A DNA stretch of 64,000 nucleotides from an uncultured Muribaculaceae bacterium (GTDB taxonomy: Bacteria > Bacillota_I > Bacilli_A > RF39 > UBA660): positions 12,344 to 76,343 of the forward strand of contig CAZWST010000002.1 in assembly GCA_964636965.1 (NCBI GenBank), in the 5' to 3' direction. Each line of letters begins with the position of its first letter. The stretch's first letter is position 1. The notes beneath the pieces were generated by a model. It had not been told where the DNA came from and searched no databases. It was given only the letters and a program-made list of their open reading frames with translations. Below, in pieces: positions 9,600-19,461 of this stretch. Both the position numbers and the translations under genes were made by a program.

Positions 9600-10695
9600 T
9601 CACCTTTTCATTCTTAAAACTGATTCTATAAATGGATAAATATCACCATCTAATACATTTTTATAATTGCTATTTTCATATCCACTTCTTACATCCTTAA
9701 CTAAACTATAAGGTTCTAAAACATAGTTTCTAATTTGACTACCAAAATCTATATTGGCACTTCCCTTTAAACTATTTATTTCTTTATTTCTTTTTTCAAC
9801 TTCAATATTTTTTAATTTGTTTTTTAAAATACCTAAAGCAATTTCTTTATTCTTAATTTGACTTCTTTCATTTTGAACAGTAACTACTATACCTGTTGGT
9901 ATATGAGTTATTCTAACAGCTGAATCTGTTGTATTAACTCCTTGGCCACCATTACCACTACTTCTATAAACATCAACTCTAATATCGGTCTCATTAATTT
10001 CAATATCTTGGATACTATCAAACTCCGGAATAACATTAATAGCGGCAAAAGAAGTTTGTCTTTTACCTGCAGCATTAAATGGACTAATACGTACTAACCT
10101 ATGAACTCCAATTTCACATTTTAAATATCCATAAGCATAATCTCCAGTAACATAGACTAAGACACTTTTAATTCCTGCTTCATCACCTAAAGATTTTTCA
10201 ATAATGCTATATTTAAATCCAAATTTATCAAAAAACATTGTATACATTCGAAGTAACATGTTAGCCCAATCTTGTGCTTCCGTTCCACCAGCTCCAGGAT
10301 GAATTTCTAAATAACAATTACTATTATCAAATTCACCATCTAAAAGTGTATTAACTTCTAAGGTATCAAGTCTTTCTAATAATTCACCATACTCATGAAT
10401 TATATTATTTAGCACTTCATCATCACTTTCTTCTTTTAAAAGAGAAAGCAACTCCAAGCTATCTTTAATAGAATTACTTATATAATTATACTCATCTAAA
10501 ACTTTAGTAACACTTGCTAGTTCTTTATTAATACTATTAGCTTTATTTGTATCACTCCAAAAGTTAACATCTTGTGTCTTTCTTTCAAGTTCATCTTTCT
10601 TACTCTTTAAACTATCTAAGTCAAAGTGACCTCCCAATATCATTTAAAGAAACATTCAGATTATTAAGATTACTTTCTAATTCATTAATGTTCAT
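9600..10695 (-). CDS. prfB: peptide chain release factor 2, with programmed +1 frameshift
   Basis: Contains SPF (SPFNAAGKRQTS) and GGQ (SSGNGGQGVNTTDSAV). A 24-codon ORF0 (MNINELESNLNNLNVSLNDIGRSL) ends at CTT TGA C and continues in the +1 frame. Confidence 0.95.
10620..10635 (-). promoter_or_regulatory. RF2 +1 frameshift site (internal SD GGGAGG + CTT TGA C)
   Basis: The minus strand reads GGGAGG TCA CTT TGA C. The in-frame TGA is at 10621-10623. Confidence 0.9.
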
Positions 10696-10763
10696 ATCTA
10701 TTCACCTAATATTATTTTAACACGAAAAAATTACTAACAAAAGAAAAAAAACCATTATCTGGT

Positions 10764-11348
10764 TTATCTTCTTTCTAACTTTCTAACTGTACTTTCTAAA
10801 TAAGAATCATATTCACTTTTATTAAGTCCACTATTTCTAAAGTCAATTGGTTCTCCAAATGTAATGTTTAAAGAACTAAATGGAATATATGATCCATTTA
10901 TACCAAAAGGAACAAGTAAGGATTTTGATGTTGCAGCAATCTTTGCAACCCCAGGCTTAAATGGAACAGATGCAGTTATTTTATGTGTTTTACCTTCAGG
11001 AAATATTACTACCTTCTCCTCGTTTTTAAGTAAATTCATAGCATTTCTTACTGCCTCTATATCTAAATTATCTGGATCAATTGGAAAAGTTCCAAGTGTT
11101 TTAAAGAATTTTTCCCATGTTTTATATCTATATAATTTTTTATCAACCATAAATCTTAAATTTTCATCAGTCAACGCTAAAAGTAACCATGAATCTAAAA
11201 TATTCAAATGGTTTCCTGCAAGAATATACCCACCACTTTCAGGTATATTTTCTAGGCCACTAGCATTTATTTCATAAAAAGTATTCATAAACCATATAAC
11301 AAAGGCACGAAATTTTTTATAAAATTCAACGTTATATAACTCTCCCAT
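10764..11348 (-). CDS. 1-acyl-sn-glycerol-3-phosphate acyltransferase family (PlsC-like)
   Basis: HX4D motif NHLNILD and the motif FPEGK. I set the start at the ATG at 11348, which follows the RBS AAGGGGA. Confidence 0.72.
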   Translation of the reverse strand: MGELYNVEFYKKFRAFVIWFMNTFYEINASGLENIPESGGYILAGNHLNILDSWLLLALTDENLRFMVDKKLYRYKTWEKFFKTLGTFPIDPDNLDIEAVRNAMNLLKNEEKVVIFPEGKTHKITASVPFKPGVAKIAATSKSLLVPFGINGSYIPFSSLNITFGEPIDFRNSGLNKSEYDSYLESTVRKLERR

Positions 11349-11408
11349 ATTTATCCCCTTAATTGAGGACTTATTATAGCACATTTAAAAAATATTTCAA
11401 ATTTAATT

Positions 11409-12230
11409 TTATTTGATCAAATCATTTATCAAGACACTAATAATACTTTCTTTTGAAACTCTTGCATTTCCTTCATTGCTGACATCCATTTTCCACCTAA
11501 CTAAATTCATATGTCCGTGTTCAATTTCAATTGAAGTAATACCATTAGGATGTACGCAAGATCCAGTATTAGCATATAGTTGATTTTTAGAAAGTACTGG
11601 TTTATGTGTATGTCCTGAAATTATTATTATATTATTATCTTTTGAAAACTCCATAAGTTTATTATGAGTACGTGAAGCTAACTTATAATTAGTAGCTGCA
11701 CTTGTTGGATCATTTACCCCAAAACGTTCTAAATACTTCCACACATATTTAACTAAAAACCTTGAGATCCAGATAAACTTTGAATTAAAAATATCAACTT
11801 GATGACCATGTAGTAAAAATAGGTTTCTACCTTCATATTTTAAAATAAGTGATTCATGAACCTCGATATCCTTTAAATAATTCTTATAAAGTTTTTTATT
11901 AAGTTTAATTATATCATGATTACCAACTATCATATAAAGTCTACCTTGTTTATAGAAGTTATCTAATAATTTATAACTAGATTTATGAGAGGAAATAATT
12001 TTATCTATATTATCTACTTCCCAAAGTTCATCTCCATCACCAAGTTCAATATAAGTATAACCTTCATTAAAATATTTTTTTAATGCACCATTAAAAATAA
12101 CTTCATTTTTAGAAAAATTATCTTCATTATTTCCGTCTCCTCGATGGCAATCGCTCATTATAACAATCTTATCTTTTTTATCAATATCAATTATTTTGGA
12201 AGATAGATAGAGTTTATTAAGTTTATTCAT
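11409..12230 (-). CDS. calcineurin-like metallophosphoesterase
   Basis: Motifs DCHRGDG, GDGDELWE, GNHD and GHTH. The start was moved to MNKLNKLY. Confidence 0.75.
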   Translation of the reverse strand: MNKLNKLYLSSKIIDIDKKDKIVIMSDCHRGDGNNEDNFSKNEVIFNGALKKYFNEGYTYIELGDGDELWEVDNIDKIISSHKSSYKLLDNFYKQGRLYMIVGNHDIIKLNKKLYKNYLKDIEVHESLILKYEGRNLFLLHGHQVDIFNSKFIWISRFLVKYVWKYLERFGVNDPTSAATNYKLASRTHNKLMEFSKDNNIIIISGHTHKPVLSKNQLYANTGSCVHPNGITSIEIEHGHMNLVRWKMDVSNEGNARVSKESIISVLINDLIK

Positions 12231-13059
12231 AACTATCACCTGATGTATTATTAATAAACTTGGATAAAACAATATAATTACTACTTTTAGAATCATCTAT
12301 TCTATTTTCATCTAAATTTTTTTTTAAATAATCATTATATAATAAAACCATATTTTTATTATGTCTTTGCACAAAGTATTCTCTAATAGCATTTCTTGTA
12401 AAAACTTTTTTAGTCTTCGGTTTATTAAAATTTAAAATAAGTGTATTTCCTATTACTCTATATTCGTTCTCTTTATATCCAGTTTTATTTAATCCCCACA
12501 AAAATGACTTTAAAAAATCAGCATCGGGAAAAGTTATCCATATATGCATAGACAAATCCTCAGGTTTAGAAAATTCTCCTAACTTAAATGCAGCTAACCA
12601 ACAAGTTTTACCACTTACTTCAATTATTTTTTTATCCTTATCATAAAGAACAAAACTCATATTTATTGTATAGTCACACTTATCATATATAGTTCTTTTA
12701 TTAACTTTCATTAATTTAGTTCTATATATTCCAATCTCTCCACCTCTAGCAATGCCATATTGACCCTTCCAAAACGAGATTAAATAATTATAATCTTTAT
12801 ATTTAAAATGTATTGATTCAGTATCAATAATTATATTAACAAAAGGAGCAAGCAAATCATAAATGTATCCATAGCCAAAATTCCTTTGCCAAGAATTAGG
12901 CATAGTAATAAACATATTATTTTTAAAGTCATACTTAAATCCAGCAAATGTTAAACCATCATAGGAAATTTTGCCAAATCTTCTAACTAAAAAATAAAGA
13001 ATAATTTTCGATAAAACATATAATATATATATTGAAAGTAAAATAATAATAACTATCAT
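12223..13059 (-). CDS. membrane-anchored protein, DUF4474-like
   Basis: N-terminal TM segment. SWQRNFGYGYIYD and FWKGQYGIARGGEIGIY resemble DUF4474. The family name is from memory and needs an HMM check. Confidence 0.45.
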   Translation of the reverse strand: MIVIIILLSIYILYVLSKIILYFLVRRFGKISYDGLTFAGFKYDFKNNMFITMPNSWQRNFGYGYIYDLLAPFVNIIIDTESIHFKYKDYNYLISFWKGQYGIARGGEIGIYRTKLMKVNKRTIYDKCDYTINMSFVLYDKDKKIIEVSGKTCWLAAFKLGEFSKPEDLSMHIWITFPDADFLKSFLWGLNKTGYKENEYRVIGNTLILNFNKPKTKKVFTRNAIREYFVQRHNKNMVLLYNDYLKKNLDENRIDDSKSSNYIVLSKFINNTSGDSYE

Positions 13060-13109
13060 TTAAACCACCTCAATATATAATATGAATAATTATTTTTGTT
13101 GCTTAGGTC

Positions 13110-13135
13110 AAAAAAATGGATATATTTATATCCAT
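13110..13135 (-). terminator. intrinsic terminator after the small Cys-rich ORF
   Basis: A 9-bp stem ATGGATATA / TATATCCAT is followed by TTTTTTG on the minus strand. Confidence 0.6.
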
Positions 13136-13140
13136 TTAAA

Positions 13141-13275
13141 TTATTCTGAAGGCTCAGTGTCGTTTTCACTTTCTTGAACTTCTTCAGAATTACACTCATC
13201 ACATGTACATTCTTCACCATCTTCACAACCACAATCACAATCAAGTGAAGATTTATTTTTCTTTTCTTCGTCCAT
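13141..13275 (-). CDS. small acidic Cys-rich protein (44 aa), not in the ORF track
   Basis: My own translation is MDEEKKNKSSLDCDCGCEDGEECTCDECNSEEVQESENDTEPSE. RBS GAAAGGAGAAAATAA precedes the ATG. It has its own promoter and terminator. Confidence 0.55.
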   Translation of the reverse strand: MDEEKKNKSSLDCDCGCEDGEECTCDECNSEEVQESENDTEPSE

Positions 13276-13296
13276 TTATTTTCTCCTTTCATGCTT

Positions 13297-13325
13297 AGTA
13301 TAAAGTTTGAAAAAAGTATTGTAAA
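13297..13325 (-). promoter_or_regulatory. sigma-A type promoter for the small Cys-rich ORF
   Basis: -35 TTTACA (13320-13325), a 17-nt spacer, and -10 TATACT (13297-13302). Confidence 0.45.
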
Positions 13326-13400
13326 CACATCTCTTTTTCTTCGACAAAACTTTTAAAAAATCGCGATTTAATAAGAACAAAGAAATAACGCATAATATAA

Positions 13401-14144
13401 TTATTTTATATTAAATTCTGCAGTTATAAAGTGTTCAGTCCCTTCAGCCCTAAAATTAGTTGATTTAACAAGTCTATATTTACCAGAATTTAATCTACCA
13501 TAATATGCAAGCCAATTAATATCAAATTCTACTTTATGTTCTTCATTAGGATAAAAAGCCATTTCATTAAATGCCATAGGTGTTTTAGAATTTAGTTCTA
13601 CCCATTCATTATCTTTATATTTTTCTACTTTATAAAAAGACCCATATATATTTTCCCTATTGCTTGTATCAGTAATAACAACAGTTAAACCTTTATCAGA
13701 AAGAGTTCCTTTTTTTATTTCCATAGAAACACCTTCCAAATCATCAATTTTTAAAGTACATTTATTTGATAAATTATCTTTATTTTTTGCAATAAAAATA
13801 TCTTTAATACCACCTAGACTATTACAACTTAGTACATAATACGAGCTTATTCCAGAAAACTTTAAATCATCTTTATATTCATATAAAGTTGAACCACCAT
13901 CTTTAAGTGAGTCTACATAATGCAAACTCTTAAGATAATCATCAACAGCAATTTTTTCATCACGAAGTTGATCTAATAAAGATACATTATTATATTTTAC
14001 ATCAAAAGTTGATAGAACTTTTCTTCCATCACTTAATGTTGTCCCATTTTCAAATAACTCATCTTTTGGTACAGTTTCACGAACTAATGCACAACCTGAA
14101 ATCATTACAGCCGCAACTATAAGTAACAAACCCTTTTTTTGCAT
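13401..14144 (-). CDS. putative lipoprotein with beta-rich C-terminal domain (247 aa)
   Basis: Signal peptide with the lipobox MISGCA. Confidence 0.55.
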   Translation of the reverse strand: MQKKGLLLIVAAVMISGCALVRETVPKDELFENGTTLSDGRKVLSTFDVKYNNVSLLDQLRDEKIAVDDYLKSLHYVDSLKDGGSTLYEYKDDLKFSGISSYYVLSCNSLGGIKDIFIAKNKDNLSNKCTLKIDDLEGVSMEIKKGTLSDKGLTVVITDTSNRENIYGSFYKVEKYKDNEWVELNSKTPMAFNEMAFYPNEEHKVEFDINWLAYYGRLNSGKYRLVKSTNFRAEGTEHFITAEFNIK

Positions 14145-14195
14145 AATTAATCATCTACCTTTTATAGATTAATTATAGCATAAAGAAGTCTCTTT

Positions 14196-15665
14196 TTAAA
14201 CACATGGATGTGGACAATCATGACATTTATGTAATTCATTTTTTCTTAATACTTTAATTCCATTATCTTGGTTTATAAATACCGGCCTATTATTCTTTTC
14301 TGGTTCAATATCCGATAAATCATCACCGTTATTAGTCACCATTAAATGATTTCTAACAATATCATAGCCTTGCTCAGTCATTACATAAACTGGTATTTTT
14401 ACTCCGACCTGTGCTATCGCATTTGGTTCAATTTCTTCTAAAACATATTTAGAGGCACACGACCATATTACATCAGCATAATCCCTCATCGATACAGCGG
14501 TATCAAAGTCAATTCCTGTTGAACATAAACCAAACTTATAAATCTTAACTCCATATTCTTTTTCTAATGCAGCTAATTCTTTATGAAGATAATTATCAAA
14601 ACTTGCAACTGAAACAGCAATATTTTTATATCCTAATCTAATTGCTTTTTTTACACCATCGAGCTGATCAATTATACCAGTGTGAGGAAATACAGGAATA
14701 ATACCTTCTTTCTTGGCTTCACTAATTATTGTTTGATTTGTGGCTGTATGAAATAAACCGGTCATTCTTTTTACAGCACCTTGTGTATTAAATTCATTAG
14801 TTGTAATAATTGTACCTAAATTATTTGAAACAATAACTGCAGCATCTATTAAGCCTGTCTTAAATGCTGAAGACATAGTTTCACTTGCACCAAATGCTAC
14901 ATTAGCTTCACAAGAATTAAGCGGACGATTAGTATCAAAATAGCCGCCCTTAATTACTACTTCATTAATTAATTCACACATGGCCTCTCTTTGTTTTTTC
15001 TCATCATCATTACTTAAAGCATCAATTAATTTAGTTGCAGAGTCCCCACCAACTTCATGTAATAGTTTAACCATTAATGGGCAATATTTAATCGGTACTG
15101 GTGTTGCATATATAGCTTTTAAACTATCCTGATCTCTTACCAATAAGACATAGCTTCCAAACATTCTCGTTACATGTATTCCTAAAGTATCATAATATTT
15201 TCTAATATATTCAAGTATTCTATCTCCTACTCGTTTAATATTACTATCTAACTTTTTATTAAGTAAAGTAATACTTAAGTTTCCTTCGTTAGATATATGA
15301 ACATCATCATCTCTCTTATATAATCCTTCTTCAATTAAAATACTTTTAACTAAATCAATTAGTTTGTCATCTAAATATAAAATATCGTGAAAGTCTAGAT
15401 TAAAATACTTTTTACTATCTAGATTATTTAATCTAAATTCTATGTGAACTCCTTCAAATGAATATGAATATGTAAATGTATGATAATCACTTTCTGAAGT
15501 ACTTGAATGAAATTCTGTATAATAATATTCATCATTATCAATTTCATTTTTTTCACCATCAATCTCGATTGGAGACGAGATTAAACTATCATATCCTTCA
15601 AAATAATAATGTCCAACAATTGTCTTTCCTAAAACTCCTTTTACAATTAATTTATCTTTTAACAT
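14196..15665 (-). CDS. orphan protein with a DUF2099 (methanogenesis-marker-8)-like core and a C-terminal CHDCPHPC motif
   Basis: The core GTIITTNEFNTQGAVKRMTGLFHT...IIDQLDGVKKAIRLGYKNIAVSVA resembles DUF2099 (from memory). The start was moved to the ATG at 15665, after the RBS GAGGTG. Confidence 0.5.
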   Translation of the reverse strand: MLKDKLIVKGVLGKTIVGHYYFEGYDSLISSPIEIDGEKNEIDNDEYYYTEFHSSTSESDYHTFTYSYSFEGVHIEFRLNNLDSKKYFNLDFHDILYLDDKLIDLVKSILIEEGLYKRDDDVHISNEGNLSITLLNKKLDSNIKRVGDRILEYIRKYYDTLGIHVTRMFGSYVLLVRDQDSLKAIYATPVPIKYCPLMVKLLHEVGGDSATKLIDALSNDDEKKQREAMCELINEVVIKGGYFDTNRPLNSCEANVAFGASETMSSAFKTGLIDAAVIVSNNLGTIITTNEFNTQGAVKRMTGLFHTATNQTIISEAKKEGIIPVFPHTGIIDQLDGVKKAIRLGYKNIAVSVASFDNYLHKELAALEKEYGVKIYKFGLCSTGIDFDTAVSMRDYADVIWSCASKYVLEEIEPNAIAQVGVKIPVYVMTEQGYDIVRNHLMVTNNGDDLSDIEPEKNNRPVFINQDNGIKVLRKNELHKCHDCPHPCV

Positions 15666-15755
15666 ATATATCACCTCTTCTGCTTGTATTATAAAGAAAA
15701 TCATGATATAAGTATAATATATATTTTTTATATTAAATATAAAGGAGTTTTATAT

Positions 15756-16640
15756 ATGAATATTAACTATGAGTTATACAAAATATTTTATTACACTGCA
15801 TTAAACAAGAGTATTTCTAAAACAGCTGAATTACTTTTAATATCTCAACCTGCTGTATCTTATCAAATAAAAACTTTAGAAGAGGAATTAGGTATAACCC
15901 TTTTTGTTAGAACTAAAAAAGGAGTTACTTTAACAGATGAAGGCGAAGTTTTATTTAAATATATTAGTAAAGGAATCGAAGCATTCACGAATGGAGAAAA
16001 CGCTTTAACTAATCTAAAGAATTTAGATTATGGTAATATTAGAATCGGAGCAAGTACCACTGTAAGTAAACATGTTCTTATGCCTTATCTAAAAAAATTT
16101 CATGAGAAGTATCCAAACATTGAAATAAACATTACTAATACACTAACAGAGAACCTTCTTAAAGATTTAAGAAATGGAAATTTAGATATACTAATTTTAA
16201 ATATGCCAATGGAAGAAGCAAAAGATTTAAACATCAAAAAAGTTATGGATGTTCAAGATATATTTGTAACTAATGAAAAATATTATAAGGAACTAAATGG
16301 TAAGATAAACATAAAAGATTTAACTAAATTCCCATTATTATTTCAGAAGAAGCCATCAAACACTCGTGAGTTTTTAGATAAATACTTGAGTAACAACAAA
16401 ATAAATATCACACCTAAAATGGAAATTGTAAGCTACAACTTAATAATGGACTTTTTAAAAATTGGTTTTGGTATTGGATATGCCACAAAAGAATTTATCA
16501 AAGACGAACTTAAAAATAAAGAATTATATGAACTTGAATGCACTCCAAAAATACCAAAAAGATTTATAGGAATAGTTACACTCAAACAAACAATTCCAAA
16601 TTTCAGTGTTAATAAACTTATAGATATTATGACAAATTAA
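15756..16640 (+). CDS. LysR-family transcriptional regulator
   Basis: HTH region SISKTAELLLISQPAVSYQIKTLEEELGITLFVRTKKGVTLT. The start was moved to the ATG at 15756, after AAAGGAG. Confidence 0.85.
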   Translation: MNINYELYKIFYYTALNKSISKTAELLLISQPAVSYQIKTLEEELGITLFVRTKKGVTLTDEGEVLFKYISKGIEAFTNGENALTNLKNLDYGNIRIGASTTVSKHVLMPYLKKFHEKYPNIEINITNTLTENLLKDLRNGNLDILILNMPMEEAKDLNIKKVMDVQDIFVTNEKYYKELNGKINIKDLTKFPLLFQKKPSNTREFLDKYLSNNKINITPKMEIVSYNLIMDFLKIGFGIGYATKEFIKDELKNKELYELECTPKIPKRFIGIVTLKQTIPNFSVNKLIDIMTN

Positions 16641-16651
16641 AATAATGTGAT

Positions 16652-18127
16652 TTATTTCACATTATTTTTTATTCTATTTTTAACATTAATAATTCCTAAA
16701 GAGAAAGCTACTAGATATATTGGAAAATAACAATATAAATATCTAGCTCTAGCTTCAAATATAGTTAAAAATAAGCTTATACCAATTATAGATAAAATAA
16801 CTGCATACTCAAAACTATTATTATCTTTTTTCACAATAGATGGAATAAAGAAAAGAATCATTAACCAAAGCCATTGCACAATTAAATGATACTGTTTGTT
16901 ATACTTGCCATTAGGTAAAATAATATTTCTAATAAATAAAGTTAATTTATTATTGGATTCTTTAACATTCATAAAGAAAGCTCCTTCATGCCCCCAAGCA
17001 AAAGATCCATCATTATAATTAACTAAAGTCTTGCGCGCAAAGAAATTAATTTGTTTTTTGAATTCTCTTTTAAATAATCTATTAGTTACTTTTTCATAAT
17101 TTTGATTTATTCCTTCACTCATCGTGTCTCCAACATCATCACCATTATAAATACCATCAGTTTCTTCATTTAACCCCATCGCCATAAAATGAATTAATTT
17201 AAATTGAATAACATCAGGGACATCATAATATTCAAGGTAAATTTTACTAGCTGAATTAATAGATAAAACAACAAGAATTCCTAAAATACTTGCACCCACA
17301 TTTATAAAAATCTTCTTAATATCCCATTTTTTTATGTTTACTATTTTACTAATATTAAAAAGTATCTCCGTAATAACTATCGCGATTAAAATAATAATAA
17401 CAGTTGGTTTTATATAAAATCCTAAGAATGATAAAAAACAAATAAAGAAATAATCTCGATAATCCTTTTTTTCTTTAGTATAAATATATAAAACTATTAT
17501 CGGAAATAAAGAAGCAAATGTATCAGAATAATATACAAGTATCCAAGGACTTAATAAAAACATAGGAATTAAAAAAACATAAATAAATAAAGACATAAAA
17601 TTACTTTTAGTTAAATTTCTTACTGTTAAGCTAGTAAATATTCCAGCTACATTTACAATAACTGAATTGAATATTAATATAAGAAAATTACTGTTACCAA
17701 TTAATGGTATTGACCTAATAAGTATAAGTAAAAATGTAAGCATTGAATTATTTGGATATCTTGTCATATAAGCCATATCATCTATTCTTCCATATCTCGA
17801 AAAGAAATTAACTGTTCTAACTAAATGACCAGCATCCCAAGTTTGACAAAAGTATCCATAAGCTTGAAAAACAAGTTGCATTCCAAAAACAATAAATGAA
17901 ATAATAATTAAAAACTTATAATAACTCTTATTTGATAAATCCTTTTTTTTATTAAATAAAGAAAAAATTAAAAAAATAATTAAGATAAATGCCAAAGACC
18001 AAATATTATTAATCATATAATTTCTCTCATTAATATAACTCATATTAGAAAAGAAGAATAATAATCCTAAAATATATATAAACATAGCAATAAATATTAC
18101 ATTCACTGATTTCTTTAAAAATTTCAT
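16652..18127 (-). CDS. polytopic membrane protein, possibly a GT-C type (ArnT/PMT-like) glycosyltransferase
   Basis: About 12 predicted TM helices plus a large loop. The function is inferred only from architecture. Confidence 0.4.
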   Translation of the reverse strand: MKFLKKSVNVIFIAMFIYILGLLFFFSNMSYINERNYMINNIWSLAFILIIFLIFSLFNKKKDLSNKSYYKFLIIISFIVFGMQLVFQAYGYFCQTWDAGHLVRTVNFFSRYGRIDDMAYMTRYPNNSMLTFLLILIRSIPLIGNSNFLILIFNSVIVNVAGIFTSLTVRNLTKSNFMSLFIYVFLIPMFLLSPWILVYYSDTFASLFPIIVLYIYTKEKKDYRDYFFICFLSFLGFYIKPTVIIILIAIVITEILFNISKIVNIKKWDIKKIFINVGASILGILVVLSINSASKIYLEYYDVPDVIQFKLIHFMAMGLNEETDGIYNGDDVGDTMSEGINQNYEKVTNRLFKREFKKQINFFARKTLVNYNDGSFAWGHEGAFFMNVKESNNKLTLFIRNIILPNGKYNKQYHLIVQWLWLMILFFIPSIVKKDNNSFEYAVILSIIGISLFLTIFEARARYLYCYFPIYLVAFSLGIINVKNRIKNNVK

Positions 18128-18263
18128 ATGCTCACCCTATACTTTAAACTATTATCATTATACAAAATATAGAAGTTTCTTACAAGACAATTAAAAATTA
18201 ATAAAATTTATCTATATTTATTATATTAAATAGTTTATAATTTAATTGAAAGGTTTTGATAAA

Positions 18264-19121
18264 ATGGAAACAAAATCAAAAATAAAACAAAGACTTATAA
18301 ATCATAAAAATATTTTTAATAAAGATATATATGACTATTTAAATTCATTATTAGAATTAGAAATATCGGCAGTTAAAGAATCTTTAAATGAAAATGAAAA
18401 GAGAGTATTAAATAACTTCCCAATATATCAACAAATTGCAATTTATAATATTTATAATCGTGCATTAAAAATAATAAGTGAATTGGATTTAGGGATACCA
18501 ATTAAAAAGAATAGAGACGAATTATCTATATCAACTTCTATCGGTAAATTAGAGTTACCATTATTCTCTTTTGCGATTAACGATGATGATTTATTAGGTA
18601 CTATTGATTTATATAAAAGAGTATTTGATAAAGATATAAATGAAAAACTTTTAGAAAATACGAAAGAAAAATTAACAATATTATATAGTGAAAAATGTCC
18701 ATATCATGAAAATGAAGGTATTGATGATCCATTAGAAATTGTCTATGGTGGTCCTAGTTCAATATGGTTAGGAGAATATAATGATAAAGTAAGACATCTT
18801 CAGGAGTTATTAACAAGATTAAACGTTAGAAAAGAATTAACCAAAGACGAAAGTGATTCAATATACTATACTGAAGAAATACAAAGATCACTTCTTGAAG
18901 ATTATGGATTAAATGAAACTAACCTAGTTTGTGAAGAAGAACAAGAATTAGAAAGTATAGAAAAGATAGAAGATGAAAAAGAAAAAGCATATGCTTTATT
19001 GGCACACGCGATGAAAACTTATAATTCTTCTTGTGGAATTCAACCAAAAGAAGACGAAAAAACTCTTTCTAAAAAATTACCATTAGTAGTAATAAATAGC
19101 AACATTAAATATATTATCTAA
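18264..19121 (+). CDS. hypothetical protein (~285 aa)
   Basis: Long ORF. I prefer the ATG at 18264 (after GAAAGG) over the TTG at 18246. Confidence 0.45.
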   Translation: METKSKIKQRLINHKNIFNKDIYDYLNSLLELEISAVKESLNENEKRVLNNFPIYQQIAIYNIYNRALKIISELDLGIPIKKNRDELSISTSIGKLELPLFSFAINDDDLLGTIDLYKRVFDKDINEKLLENTKEKLTILYSEKCPYHENEGIDDPLEIVYGGPSSIWLGEYNDKVRHLQELLTRLNVRKELTKDESDSIYYTEEIQRSLLEDYGLNETNLVCEEEQELESIEKIEDEKEKAYALLAHAMKTYNSSCGIQPKEDEKTLSKKLPLVVINSNIKYII

Positions 19122-19161
19122 CCTTAAATAAAAAAGTTCAAATTAAAATTCTTGAACTTTT

Positions 19162-19461
19162 TTATTTGATTTGCACTTTGTACTTACCTAAGTCAACCTT
19201 ATAATTTATAACAATTATGTCATCTTTCTCCAGATATTCTTTTTGTTTCTCTATCCCTCCAAATGCAAAATTTCTTGATAAATTCCCTTTACTATCAACA
19301 ACTTTATAGCACGGATATTTTTCTTTATCTGGATTATTATGCAGAATGTTTCCAACAACCCTTGCTAATTTTTTATTTCCTAAATATTCTGCTATTTGCC
19401 CATAAGTTACTACTTTGCCTTTAGGAATTGTTCTTAAAAATTTATATACTTCCTCTTTCAT
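19162..19461 (-). CDS. MGMT-family protein (stand-alone methylated-DNA-protein-cysteine methyltransferase DNA-binding domain)
   Basis: VTYGQIA...ARVVGNILHNNP...PCYKVV corresponds to the PCHRV active-site region. Confidence 0.72.
   Translation of the reverse strand: MKEEVYKFLRTIPKGKVVTYGQIAEYLGNKKLARVVGNILHNNPDKEKYPCYKVVDSKGNLSRNFAFGGIEKQKEYLEKDDIIVINYKVDLGKYKVQIK

Noticed and set aside
10864-11277. A 137-aa plus-strand ORF antisense to the acyltransferase gene. There are similar antisense ORFs at 5045..5242, 8361..8543, 15476..15694, 19692..19898, 23357..23560, 43170..43436, 45264..45461, 46078..46329, 47506..47688, 50653..50874, 51511..51867, 51889..52080, 56043..56228 and 60181..60489.
   Set aside because: They lie entirely inside well-supported genes on the other strand. 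They lack RBSs and have odd composition, as expected for chance ORFs in AT-rich DNA.
13056-13328. A 90-aa ORF from the track (MFTILFSNFILSMKGENKW...).
   Set aside because: It has no RBS and a low-complexity, implausible sequence. The same DNA holds a much better 44-codon ORF in another frame, with its own RBS, promoter and terminator.
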